IMG/VR virus record: IMGVR_UViG_3300038608_000011
Span: 1 to 64,000 of that record
Strand: one strand, 5' to 3'
Origin: a virus
Taxonomy: Duplodnaviria > Caudoviricetes
Length of the DNA stretch: 64,000 nt
Positions 38,857 to 48,126 of the stretch are shown one piece after another (position 1 is the stretch's first letter; each line of letters begins with the position of its first letter). The position numbers were made by a program, and so were the translations under genes. A model generated the notes under the pieces. It did no database searches. It was not told the DNA's origin and saw only the letters and a program-made list of their open reading frames with translations.

Positions 38857-40833
38857 CTACTCCTTAACAGGGAATTGAAGCATAGCTCTTTCCCATATTT
38901 CTTGTGTTTTAGCTTCAATAGCAGCACCAAAATCTTCTGGTTCAGCAGATGCAACATTCACTGTCATCTCCACTTTAACATCAGGCACCCTTGGTTGTTC
39001 TCTGTTAGCTATCGGGTAAGGAGAGACAAGAGGAAAGTTATCACGTCTTAAGTCTGCAAGAGCTTGTGCTTGCGTTCCCCTTACTTGACTTTCAAACTCA
39101 GCAGGATTACTAAGACTTTTGGTTGTTCTGTCATATAAAGAAGATAACCGTCCACCCGATACCGTGTCTACAGCACCATACATGGGGAGCATACCGAGCC
39201 CAGCTTTACCAGCAGAGGCAAGCGTGCCTTGAACTTGTTCTCCAACCTTAGAGTAATCTCCCTTGGCGAGAGAATTAAACACACCGGCGGCATTTGAGAT
39301 TGTATTTAAAGCATTGGTCAACTTAGTTAAACTTTCTGACTTGTCCATTAAACCTATCAGTCGTGACCATCCATTACCAATGTTGTCAACAAGAGTATTA
39401 ATTTCAAACATTGAAGTCTTAAAAGCACCCAGGAATTCAAAAACTTTTTGTCTGTCTTCCTCTGATGGGAAAAGACTATCTGCAACAAGACTATCTCTGC
39501 CCTCAAGCATCCTCATAAAGGATTGTGGGAAAAGAAGTAAATCGTCAGCAAATTTTGTAGCTTCGTTGAAGCCATTAGCTAAAGACTTAACCAAACCACC
39601 AGATTCATTTAACCCTTGATTTAGTGTACGGAAGATACGAGCAAAGCCCTCTTCTACTCCGGACTGACTAGCAACAATAGCCATATCACTAACTACGTTT
39701 TGAAATCTTGCCTGTTCTGCTTGAGAGGCTTTACCCGCTGCCCCAAGGGATGGTTGTGCCCTTTCTGAAGCTAGTTGTCCAGCGAAGGTAAGAATATCGC
39801 TCTTCACTTGCCCCTTCTTCATAGCTTCCATTAGAGCAGATGTTGCCTCTTTACCTGTTAGCTTACCGCCAATTTGTCTTTGGTAGGCCTGGGCAAACAA
39901 GGCTGTACCTCCAGGCAAGGCTTCTGCTATCTGGCCTGTAAGTTCTTCTGCCTGTAATTTACCTTTACCTGCTACCTGACTCAATGCTCTGAACAATCTG
40001 TTCTGAGTGGTCTTATCAAGCTTGTTTACACGGGCAAGTTCAGCAAACCCGGTAAATACTTTCTGACTTTCTTCTAACCCAACACCAGCACCTGTAAGGC
40101 CAGCTAGTAATTTGTTGTAATCAGGAGCAGCTTCTAAATAATTAAATCCAACTCTATTTGCTTGTTGTCTAAGGTATTCAAAAGAACCTTTACCTTGTTC
40201 AACCGTACCGCCTGCTTGTTGCACAACCGCTTGGGTTTGTAGCTGGGCACTAACCACCTGTTGGTTTCGTTGGTTTAGTTGAGAGAGGCCATAACCACCA
40301 GCAGCAAGAGCTAACGCTGGAGCATACGCCCTAGCTAAACCACCGCCGAGGGCACCACCTATCCCACCACCAAGAGCAGCAGATTGTCTAGTACTCCCAC
40401 CACCCCTCCCCATTCGCATAGTTGCTAATTGGAGTCTTTCAGCTTGTCTAGCTTCAGCTTCTTGTCTGCGAAGTCTTGAGGATGTTAATGTTCTTCTATT
40501 CCACTCTTCGGGGGATAGCTGTTGTCGCCCTCCAAAACCTCCACCAACAGAACCCCCCATACCAGCAACAGCTCTATTTAAAGCCCCTCTGTTCACAACA
40601 AAATTACTAATCTCAAAGGTCACTCTTCGACTGGCAGCATCTAAGGCATTACCTAAAGATGTCTCTAACTTCTTCTGATTAACAGAAAAGTTGTTAATTT
40701 CAAAAGTGAGTTTCTTATCAGAGAAAGATTTGAACTTCTTTTCAAGGGCTTTAAGGTGGGAATCAAGTTGGCGTTGCTCGCGTTTATCAAATCTGAACGC
40801 AACAGATACCGTATACTTTGCAATATCTACCAA
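38857..40833 (-). CDS. Tape measure protein
   Basis: Ala/Gly/Gln-rich; ALSQVAGKGKLQAEELTGQIAEALP tape-measure domain; follows the chaperones. Confidence 0.88.
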   Translation of the reverse strand: MVDIAKYTVSVAFRFDKREQRQLDSHLKALEKKFKSFSDKKLTFEINNFSVNQKKLETSLGNALDAASRRVTFEISNFVVNRGALNRAVAGMGGSVGGGFGGRQQLSPEEWNRRTLTSSRLRRQEAEARQAERLQLATMRMGRGGGSTRQSAALGGGIGGALGGGLARAYAPALALAAGGYGLSQLNQRNQQVVSAQLQTQAVVQQAGGTVEQGKGSFEYLRQQANRVGFNYLEAAPDYNKLLAGLTGAGVGLEESQKVFTGFAELARVNKLDKTTQNRLFRALSQVAGKGKLQAEELTGQIAEALPGGTALFAQAYQRQIGGKLTGKEATSALMEAMKKGQVKSDILTFAGQLASERAQPSLGAAGKASQAEQARFQNVVSDMAIVASQSGVEEGFARIFRTLNQGLNESGGLVKSLANGFNEATKFADDLLLFPQSFMRMLEGRDSLVADSLFPSEEDRQKVFEFLGAFKTSMFEINTLVDNIGNGWSRLIGLMDKSESLTKLTNALNTISNAAGVFNSLAKGDYSKVGEQVQGTLASAGKAGLGMLPMYGAVDTVSGGRLSSLYDRTTKSLSNPAEFESQVRGTQAQALADLRRDNFPLVSPYPIANREQPRVPDVKVEMTVNVASAEPEDFGAAIEAKTQEIWERAMLQFPVKE

Positions 40834-40844
40834 TATAAAGCCCT

Positions 40845-41063
40845 CTATTTTTTATTCTGTTCGGCTATTCTTCTGTCATCAGCCATTTTACGGGCAGCAT
40901 CGTATACATCACATATCTCTGCCATCTTATATAGGTCTTTGATTGTCAAATAGCGATCAAGCTCCCATAGTTGACATTGCTTTGTTTCGTGTGTAACTAC
41001 CTTATAAACAAGCCAATCTTGTGAAAACTCATCTTGAATCTGCTGCTCTTCCTTTGACATCAA
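40845..41063 (-). CDS. Tail assembly chaperone C-terminal extension (gpT-like, probable -1 frameshift)
   Basis: Its frame stays open back into the 3' end of the upstream chaperone. Confidence 0.65.
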   Translation of the reverse strand: MMSKEEQQIQDEFSQDWLVYKVVTHETKQCQLWELDRYLTIKDLYKMAEICDVYDAARKMADDRRIAEQNKK

Positions 41064-41083
41064 TCGCGATTCAGGAACACTCT

Positions 41084-41401
41084 TTAGTCCTCTGAATCGC
41101 TTTCCATAAAAACATCTTCAAAGTTGTACTTAAGAACAGCATCGAACAGCTTTTGTAGATGTCCAGTTTTACGAGAGAAGATAATATCAAAAGTCTTCTC
41201 AGTGATTTGCATATTATCTTTCTGAACGTATTTACAGACAATCTGTTTAATAACAGAAAGATCAATCTTACCTTCGTTAATATCGGTAAGATGTTTTTCC
41301 ATAAACTTTAGTGCATCTGTCGCGCTCATTGCAGTGACGAAGTATGTTACATCGCCCACTACTAGTTCCTGTTGTGGAAGAGCTAGAATCTGTGTAGCCA
41401 T
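41084..41401 (-). CDS. Tail assembly chaperone (gpG-like)
   Basis: Between tube genes and TMP; ends KYNFEDVF. Confidence 0.75.
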   Translation of the reverse strand: MATQILALPQQELVVGDVTYFVTAMSATDALKFMEKHLTDINEGKIDLSVIKQIVCKYVQKDNMQITEKTFDIIFSRKTGHLQKLFDAVLKYNFEDVFMESDSED

Positions 41402-41439
41402 TTATGTGCCCTCGAAAATATAAGCCCACTTAAGGCTGG

Positions 41440-41928
41440 TTAAAATATGTTTGAAACAAAATCTTTAGCTCCGCTAATAATAGAGCTAAATGGTGAATTA
41501 CCTGGATTGGAATTACCACTAACAGAGTAGTTACCAGTAGATTGACAGAAGATTCGCCACTCTCTGTATTCAAAATCACCAGAGAATACAACAGCAGGAT
41601 AAGAGACAATCCAAGCTTCAGCACTATCAAACACGCTTTGACCTGTTGTATCTTTGAGAGTTAAAGACAGTCTTCCTGTCCCCCTAGATAAATCTTGATC
41701 GTGGATAGTTGAAAACACATCGTTAGATGGGGATGTTTGTATTATTCTGATTGTAATATTTGCAGAAGTGTCTAGGTTTCTTACTCTGGTGTTCTTACCG
41801 CGAATTCCTTTAATGGTTTGAAAACCATCTGTACCTCTGGCGATAGATATACTATCCCAACCTGTAACTATATAGCCACCAACTGTAAATAATACATCTG
41901 TAGGGCTGTAGGAATATATGTTTGACAT
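41440..41928 (-). CDS. Tail tube-like protein (DUF3277 paralog 3)
   Basis: YSP.DV...GG..VTGW, I.QTSPSN. Confidence 0.7.
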   Translation of the reverse strand: MSNIYSYSPTDVLFTVGGYIVTGWDSISIARGTDGFQTIKGIRGKNTRVRNLDTSANITIRIIQTSPSNDVFSTIHDQDLSRGTGRLSLTLKDTTGQSVFDSAEAWIVSYPAVVFSGDFEYREWRIFCQSTGNYSVSGNSNPGNSPFSSIISGAKDFVSNIF

Positions 41929-42428
41929 TAGAATATCCCCCCAAGCCCAGGCAGGGCACCAATAGCAAGGTTGGTGATGTCTTCAAGTAAACCACTTGGT
42001 TCACCATTGCCGCCAATGTTTATTACAGCCTGAGTGGCTTTGAATACCCAAGTTCTGGAGTCAATTCCAGTGCTTTTAACGATAGGGGGAATACCCTCGA
42101 TCCATGCTGTTGCAGAAAAGAATAAATCACTACCACTATGGTCTTTAATCATAAGTGGTAATTTTCCCATGCCAGTAATATCATCCAATTGCCAGAGCTT
42201 TGTTAAAACTTCATTGGAATCACTACCACTTGCTAGAGTGATTTCTACTGTATAGTTTTTATCGTTATTTTTAAGTCTTGTGATAGTTCCATCTGTTGTT
42301 CTTCTGGACGAATAACTTGGCATATCTTTTGTAACACTAACAAAAGTCCCATCTACAAACCCATCCATATGGATAAAGCCAGCCACAAGAACATTTACTA
42401 CGTCTGGGTTATAATTAAAAACTCCCAT
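41928..42428 (-). CDS. Tail tube-like protein (DUF3277 paralog 2)
   Basis: YNPDVV...GFVDGTFVSV. Confidence 0.7.
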   Translation of the reverse strand: MGVFNYNPDVVNVLVAGFIHMDGFVDGTFVSVTKDMPSYSSRRTTDGTITRLKNNDKNYTVEITLASGSDSNEVLTKLWQLDDITGMGKLPLMIKDHSGSDLFFSATAWIEGIPPIVKSTGIDSRTWVFKATQAVINIGGNGEPSGLLEDITNLAIGALPGLGGIF

Positions 42429-42444
42429 CTTAGCTCCTTAGAAA

Positions 42445-42478
42445 AGAGAGGGAGGGGGTTTATTCTCCTCCTCCCCCA
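42445..42478 (-). terminator. Probable terminator after the major tail tube gene
   Basis: Minus-strand GGGGGAGGAGGAG...CCCCCTCCCTCTC stem followed by TTTT. Confidence 0.5.
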
Positions 42479-42482
42479 TTAG

Positions 42483-43007
42483 TTAGCTAAGAATCCAGCG
42501 AGGATCAACAGTACCACCAGTGGCTTGAATAGCTGCTACGTTAGCTGCATCCAGTTGCATGTTGCCGCCAATGAATAGATCACTACCAAACATATAGATA
42601 CTCCATTCACGAGTTTCAGTAGTTGTACTGAAGGCAGCAGATGGGGGAGCTTGAATGATAGCAGAGGTTGAAGACGCAATAGTCTGACCGCTCAGGTCTT
42701 TCATAGTGCAGCTAAATACCCACTCATTACCGGGGGAGTTAGCATCAGCCAATTGCAGCTGTTGTAGGACACTATTAGAAGGGCTATACTGCGACAGAGT
42801 AATAGCCACGTTCATGGTGGTAATCTTGCGTTTTACACGACCTTGTGCGTTTTCTCCTGCGCCCTGATAAGGTTCGCTAGAAGGAACTAGGCGATCCATG
42901 CTAACAAATGTACCATCAGCAAAGCCTGTAATTTTATGAATGAAGTTACCCTTGGATAGGATGATAGTGAAATCATCCGGGGCGTAGTTACCGATTATAT
43001 TAGCCAT
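42483..43007 (-). CDS. Major tail tube protein (DUF3277-like)
   Basis: Directly after sheath; YAPDD...GFADGTFVSM, SQYSPSN. Confidence 0.8.
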   Translation of the reverse strand: MANIIGNYAPDDFTIILSKGNFIHKITGFADGTFVSMDRLVPSSEPYQGAGENAQGRVKRKITTMNVAITLSQYSPSNSVLQQLQLADANSPGNEWVFSCTMKDLSGQTIASSTSAIIQAPPSAAFSTTTETREWSIYMFGSDLFIGGNMQLDAANVAAIQATGGTVDPRWILS

Positions 43008-43040
43008 TTAAATTGTTTTTCCTTTAAAATCAAGTAGTTA

Positions 43041-44665
43041 CTAGACCGATAAAAAGACTTCTAGGTCAACGAAGCGCACACTTCCCTGTAGACGTGCTTT
43101 AATCACGAATACACCAGCGGCACGTTGAGCACGAAGAGTTTCTGGAATAGACAATACAGGAGGAGTTTGCACGGTCCACCCTTGATCTACTAGGCCATTA
43201 GCTTGTGCTTGAGATAGCACACTACGAATTTCATTCTCTACAATCAAAAGACCAGCATCGGTCATGGGAATTTTGAGGGTGTTAATGATTCGGAAATAAA
43301 TACCTTCTTGAAGGCGTGCTTTCAACCAATCCTTGCCAATTTGAACCGTTTATGTTCGCGTAAGGGCGTTAACCTTACACCGCTCTCCTGAGCTGCTTAC
43401 ACTTTAATGTAAGACCAGACTATATCACCCTCTACAGCATTATCTGTTTAGAGGCTCCCCATTTCGGGTCACTTGACCCTACGGCATTCCTGCCTAGTCG
43501 TTGAACATTCTCTTTCGAGCTTTGCTGCTGATTTACCAATATTTATTGTTTTTAACATTCACGCTCAAACCACACATTATAGTAAGGTTTCACGTTGTAG
43601 TCAATAAATCTCTAAGGTAGTTCCAGCAATTAGAGGAGTTATTCGAAAGCCATTTCTGACTTAAGCGACCTTCATTTGATCGATAGGTTTTTTATCAAAC
43701 ATATTACCGTCTTGGAAAATATCAACGCCTGCTTTACGACGATAATAGTTCCAGCTCTTATTCTTAAGATTGGTAACTTGAGTAGAAGTGAGCATAGAGC
43801 GAGTAACGCCATTAGCGCGCTTGAAATCCCAGTCGTTAGCACCAGGGGTTACTGCAAGTTGGCTGCCCATCCAAGCAGCTTCTGGGAACTCAGTGGCAGC
43901 GGTTGGGAGATAAACACCAAAAGTCCGTGCTGCTGATTTAGCATTTAGTTCATAGCCAATGTCAGTTGTACCTGTAGTTGGAGCTACAATATCGGCAGAA
44001 CTAATACCATAAATCTTTTCACGGGCTTGGATAGCGTCAGAGAGGGCTTCTTGCTCTGCGTTTACTTGCGTTTCAGCAACCAGACCATACCAAGTATCGT
44101 TCTCTGCTTCTACAGCAGTCAGAGCATCGGGCCAAGTTTCAGTGGCAGCAGCATCAACTTTAACCAAATTACTTGATACTTTAATGCTCCAAGCTGTACC
44201 CGGAGTTGTGACAGCAACGGTAAGAGTACCGATGTTATCAGTGGCTGTGACACCTGTTGGGGAACCAATAGCGGCGTCAAGACCAGCAGTAATTTCAGCA
44301 GCAGTTGCAGTAGCATCTGAGGTAAAGTTATAAGCAATGCCGTTGATGGTTACAGTATAAGTTGAGCTGTTTGCAACTGTTGGGGTGATGGTAACGCTAT
44401 TTACTTGCCGACGACCAATAACAATGCTTGGAGGTTGTGCACCAAGTACACCAGACTGACCAAACAACTTACTTGCCAGTATGTATGCTTTATCAGTTGA
44501 AACAAAGTCTGAGCCTACACCAGCAATACTTGTGTAAGTACGGGTACGTTCAGAAAAGTTTGTAAATGTAGCGAGGACCAAGGGGATTTGGAAGCTTGCT
44601 GTTGCAATAGCAGTAGTCTGGTCAAAAATGACTACGCGGACTACGTCATTTAATTCTGAGGACAT
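43041..44665 (-). CDS. Tail sheath protein (DUF3383-like), two exons: 44665-43679 and 43346-43041; 430 aa spliced
   Basis: Splicing restores ...DKKPID|VQIGKDWLKARLQE...; IVIGRR, WDFKRANGV, KIPMTDAG. Confidence 0.88.
43347..43678 (-). ncRNA. Group I intron (IA-like, ORF-less, 332 nt) in tail sheath gene
   Basis: P AATTGCTGGAA, Q AATCAGCAGC, R GTTCAACGACTA, S GATATAGTCT; 5' exon ends in U, intron ends in G; P1 CGAU|C / GGUCG with U-G pair; P10 UUCA/UGAA. Confidence 0.9.
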
Positions 44666-44700
44666 ATTTTATATGTTTCCTTATTGTAATGTAGCCACTG

Positions 44701-45258
44701 CTACGGATATGTAATTGTTTTTGGAATCTTTTGTGTTGAAGTCACACCGTTTATAACGTGATCTACTACAATACCATCAACCCAATCAATAGTTTGCATC
44801 TCATTTGCAACATAGTTATATGTTACATCAATATTGAAATTTTCAATCCAAGTGGTATCCCGTTTCTGAGGGGCACGTCTTACAGTGCTTTTCCTCATAA
44901 AAGCGAGCTTACTTGTTTCTTGTTCTTGGAAAACAATAGGGCTATTACTGACTTTGTGGGAGAAGTCATGTGCCATACTTCCAGCAGTAGAACCAGAAAA
45001 ACTGTATTGAACCATCACTTCATAAAAAGCAGCCACTGAAAGTTGCTTAGCAGTGCTTGTGAGAGTTGAGGTTGAATGATGCCCTTGTTGCTCTATACTC
45101 AATATATTGATTACAACATATGGAATAGAAGGCTCTGCACCTGATAGATGGCTGAAAATTATTCCAGCATCTTGATCTGCAACTGTTGGGAAATAAGAGA
45201 TTAAAGATTGTATAATTGAATTACGAGAGGCTGTTCTAACATCTGTATAAATTGACAT
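44701..45258 (-). CDS. Tail terminator / neck protein
   Basis: Synteny upstream of sheath; P..PYVVINIL. Confidence 0.65.
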   Translation of the reverse strand: MSIYTDVRTASRNSIIQSLISYFPTVADQDAGIIFSHLSGAEPSIPYVVINILSIEQQGHHSTSTLTSTAKQLSVAAFYEVMVQYSFSGSTAGSMAHDFSHKVSNSPIVFQEQETSKLAFMRKSTVRRAPQKRDTTWIENFNIDVTYNYVANEMQTIDWVDGIVVDHVINGVTSTQKIPKTITYP

Positions 45259-45267
45259 AAGCCTTCC

Positions 45268-45642
45268 TTAATTCGGAGTAAGTTCTTTACGAACACACTG
45301 ACTTTTGCTATGTTCCAATATACCCATGGTTGCTGTATAATCTTCAACTTTCATCACTTTATAACGATGACCTTTGAAATCAAACTCATCGGAGTCATAA
45401 CCGCCTACTCCCTCCTTTTGAGCCCTCAACAGAACATCTGTGTAAACAGTGAACCATTGTTTACTTCTCTCTGCTTCTGGGAGCATTAGAATTTCATGGT
45501 ATCGCATTGGTTGTATGTTGGCTTGAATTACAAGATTAGTTGTTGTCCCTTCCACCCAATCCCCGGCAATGTAAGAACCAGCAGCACGTCTGATAATTGT
45601 TATAGGGATTTTCTTAGTGAGAAGGAAGTTAGGTTTTAGCAT
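45268..45642 (-). CDS. Head closure / head-tail connector
   Basis: ANIQP...LPEAER...D.F.F.G.RYKV. Confidence 0.65.
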   Translation of the reverse strand: MLKPNFLLTKKIPITIIRRAAGSYIAGDWVEGTTTNLVIQANIQPMRYHEILMLPEAERSKQWFTVYTDVLLRAQKEGVGGYDSDEFDFKGHRYKVMKVEDYTATMGILEHSKSQCVRKELTPN

Positions 45643-46124
45643 TATCCTTTCTCCACTTTAAAATCTACACTATCCCTCATCAACCCTGTGTCGATAAGTG
45701 GGTCATTAAAAGTTTTAATGTCCACAGTTGCAGGACTGTTTGGTGGTGTTGTCCACTCATCAATTACTTGCTTCAAATCAGAAACAGCTGTGGGACCGAT
45801 TCTTTTGTATTCAGAGGTGAAAGTAGACTCACCTTCAAGAATTCTTTTTATGCTGGTTTTAAATATTTTTTCATATTTACTACTTTTGATGGCTGATTTA
45901 AAACCAACCCGCATAAACGGTCTGGGTGGTGTATAGGCATCCGGGAAAACTGCCCCAGGGCCATTCTTATGACCATCCTCGTTCAATGCAGCCACAAGAG
46001 CAACTTGTGTGCCATCGGGATAAACAGCATCTTCAAAAAACCCAATCTTAAGCTCAAGACTAGAACCTTTCCCTAAACTCTTCTTTATATTTTCCCAAAC
46101 TTTCTTATCCACTTGTACTGACAT
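45642..46124 (-). CDS. Neck / tail completion protein (HK97 gp10-like)
   Basis: VAALNEDG, PPRPFMR, PPNSPAT...PLIDTGLMR. Confidence 0.7.
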   Translation of the reverse strand: MSVQVDKKVWENIKKSLGKGSSLELKIGFFEDAVYPDGTQVALVAALNEDGHKNGPGAVFPDAYTPPRPFMRVGFKSAIKSSKYEKIFKTSIKRILEGESTFTSEYKRIGPTAVSDLKQVIDEWTTPPNSPATVDIKTFNDPLIDTGLMRDSVDFKVEKG

Positions 46125-46126
46125 GA

Positions 46127-46591
46127 TCAGCAACCACAATTATTAATGTTGAATGGATCGTCTGTTACTGCTGAATTGCAGTTACATTGACTGTCACATC
46201 CACACACTTTAATCTTAGTAAGAGGACTTCTTACATTATCTGAATTGGCATTATTTGCACACATATCTGCCCAAGAAATACCTGAAGCATATGGCATCAA
46301 ACCATTTGGGAGAGTTGATGCGGATGCATCATTTATAAAATTCTCAAGAGCTTTTAAATAAGCTGTTGATAGATTTGACCATATTTCAATGTCTCCTGTA
46401 CGTTCCCTTGAGGAATAACCGGCAAGTTGCATTGAAGCTGCGATTGCAGCCATTCGGGCTGCTTGTAAAACATTTTGTCCATTTAGGTCTAGGAATTGCT
46501 GAATTTCAGCCGAACTAAACAGTTGATAGAATGGACTAGTAGGCACGTCACCAATAAGTAGACGAACCGTTTCAATAGGGGTTAAAGCCAT
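46127..46591 (-). CDS. Head-tail adaptor
   Basis: VRLLIGD...FSSAEIQQFL; follows the capsid gene. Confidence 0.65.
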   Translation of the reverse strand: MALTPIETVRLLIGDVPTSPFYQLFSSAEIQQFLDLNGQNVLQAARMAAIAASMQLAGYSSRERTGDIEIWSNLSTAYLKALENFINDASASTLPNGLMPYASGISWADMCANNANSDNVRSPLTKIKVCGCDSQCNCNSAVTDDPFNINNCGC

Positions 46592-46663
46592 AGGGATACT
46601 CCTTAAAATAAAGGAAGGGGAGAAAATCCTCCCCTCTCCCTATATTACTTCTTAGTATTATTA

Positions 46664-47692
46664 TCAGTTGCTTGAGAAAGCGCGAGCAACAATTGCAGGG
46701 CGACGCATTACGTTCAGGAAGTTAGACTCGGACTGAAGAAGAATCTCAGTATCAGTTTGGTTTTTAAACTCAAACACATAAGCTTCTTGACCTACGGTGT
46801 TAGTGAATTCAAAACGGTCAGCTGGGCCGAAGTAGGTTTTGAATACATCAGCAGTACCCATAGGGACGAAGTAGCAATCGCCGCTAGGAACGAAAGCAGT
46901 ACCATCTGGAGCAAAGCCACGGTATTCAATGTAACGGATGTTACCGAGTACAAACTCACGATCCACACCATTACCACCAACACGATTACGCAGAGGCTCT
47001 TGGGTGCTAGAATAGAACTTATAAGCATCCTTAATAGTAGGGTGAGTACTCAGCTTGTTCATGAAGGTTGGGGAAGCCAGACCTACAATCTCAGTGATAA
47101 CGTCACCAGTGAAGGCGTTATCCTGAATATGAGCAGTGATTTCTTCTTGCTTCAGCAGAATCTCAGTAGTAGAAGTACCAAGCAGGAAGTCTACTTCTTT
47201 ACGGGTAACACCGAAGTCGGTATAGAAGTTACCAGCAATGGTGCCATTAGGTGCATACAGATCACCAGTGGTCAGCAGCTTCATACGAGCAGTTTCTAGG
47301 GTTTGTGCATGCATACGGCGAATACGCTCTAGCTTGCGAGCACGAACCAGATCAAGTTGCTCAGGGATACCTTGGCCAGAACCACCATAGGCAGCCTTGC
47401 CTTGAATATCACCGGGCTTGATTGCATCATCAAGTGGGAAGTGAGGAACAGGATAAGAACGAATCTTACGGGTGTAATCCTTACTTACGTTGTTGCGCTC
47501 ACCACGAATACGGTCGCCAATCAAACCAATATTTTGGTTGATTTCTTCAAAGGTGATTGTGTTAGTAGCAACACCCTCAACATCGAAAAGACCCATACGT
47601 TGAATCTTGCCATACATGTTAGGTACAACAAGCAGCTCTTGGGTCCAATCCTCAATCTTGAAAGGACTATCAAATGAACGAATAATAGGCAC
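46664..47692 (-). CDS. Major capsid protein (lambda gpE-like family)
   Basis: PHFPLDDAIKP.DIQG, E..R...L.TG, FKTYFGPAD, SESNFL. Confidence 0.88.
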   Translation of the reverse strand: MPIIRSFDSPFKIEDWTQELLVVPNMYGKIQRMGLFDVEGVATNTITFEEINQNIGLIGDRIRGERNNVSKDYTRKIRSYPVPHFPLDDAIKPGDIQGKAAYGGSGQGIPEQLDLVRARKLERIRRMHAQTLETARMKLLTTGDLYAPNGTIAGNFYTDFGVTRKEVDFLLGTSTTEILLKQEEITAHIQDNAFTGDVITEIVGLASPTFMNKLSTHPTIKDAYKFYSSTQEPLRNRVGGNGVDREFVLGNIRYIEYRGFAPDGTAFVPSGDCYFVPMGTADVFKTYFGPADRFEFTNTVGQEAYVFEFKNQTDTEILLQSESNFLNVMRRPAIVARAFSSN

Positions 47693-47710
47693 GAATAATT
47701 ATCCTTTATC

Positions 47711-48109
47711 TTAGTTAGTGGTCAATACGTTAATGTTCAGGGCCTCAAGGGAAGCGTATACAACAGCTTTCTCGGCATCGAGGTCATAAGTAGCATCGAG
47801 TACAAGGGCACCCTTAGAAACTTCAGCAGGGCCTTTAACTAGAACAAGAACTTTGGTGTCAGTAGTAGCGGCGATGCTGTAGTCATCTAGGACAATAGCA
47901 GCAGCTGTCTGAGAACCATCAACAGCAGTTTGAACTGCAATTTTATATTTACCATCAGCGGTTACTTTACCGAGGACAGTACCTACTTGATAGGTTTTAG
48001 CAGAAGCTTCGTTTACAGTTACAGCGAGGCGGCAAAAGCCAGTTTCTGGCCAGTGCTCGTGTTTAACTAGGTGAGATACGCGGGGGGTGTCAACTTTTAC
48101 AGTCGCCAT
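47711..48109 (-). CDS. Head decoration protein (gpD-like)
   Basis: GTVLGKVTADGKY...DGSQTAAAI. Confidence 0.75.
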   Translation of the reverse strand: MATVKVDTPRVSHLVKHEHWPETGFCRLAVTVNEASAKTYQVGTVLGKVTADGKYKIAVQTAVDGSQTAAAIVLDDYSIAATTDTKVLVLVKGPAEVSKGALVLDATYDLDAEKAVVYASLEALNINVLTTN

Positions 48110-48126
48110 TTATAGATTCTCCAATC

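Noticed and set aside
43041-43325. Separate 94-aa gene after the sheath
   Set aside because: It is exon 2 of the sheath; the frame extends to 43346 and joins exon 1 after intron removal.
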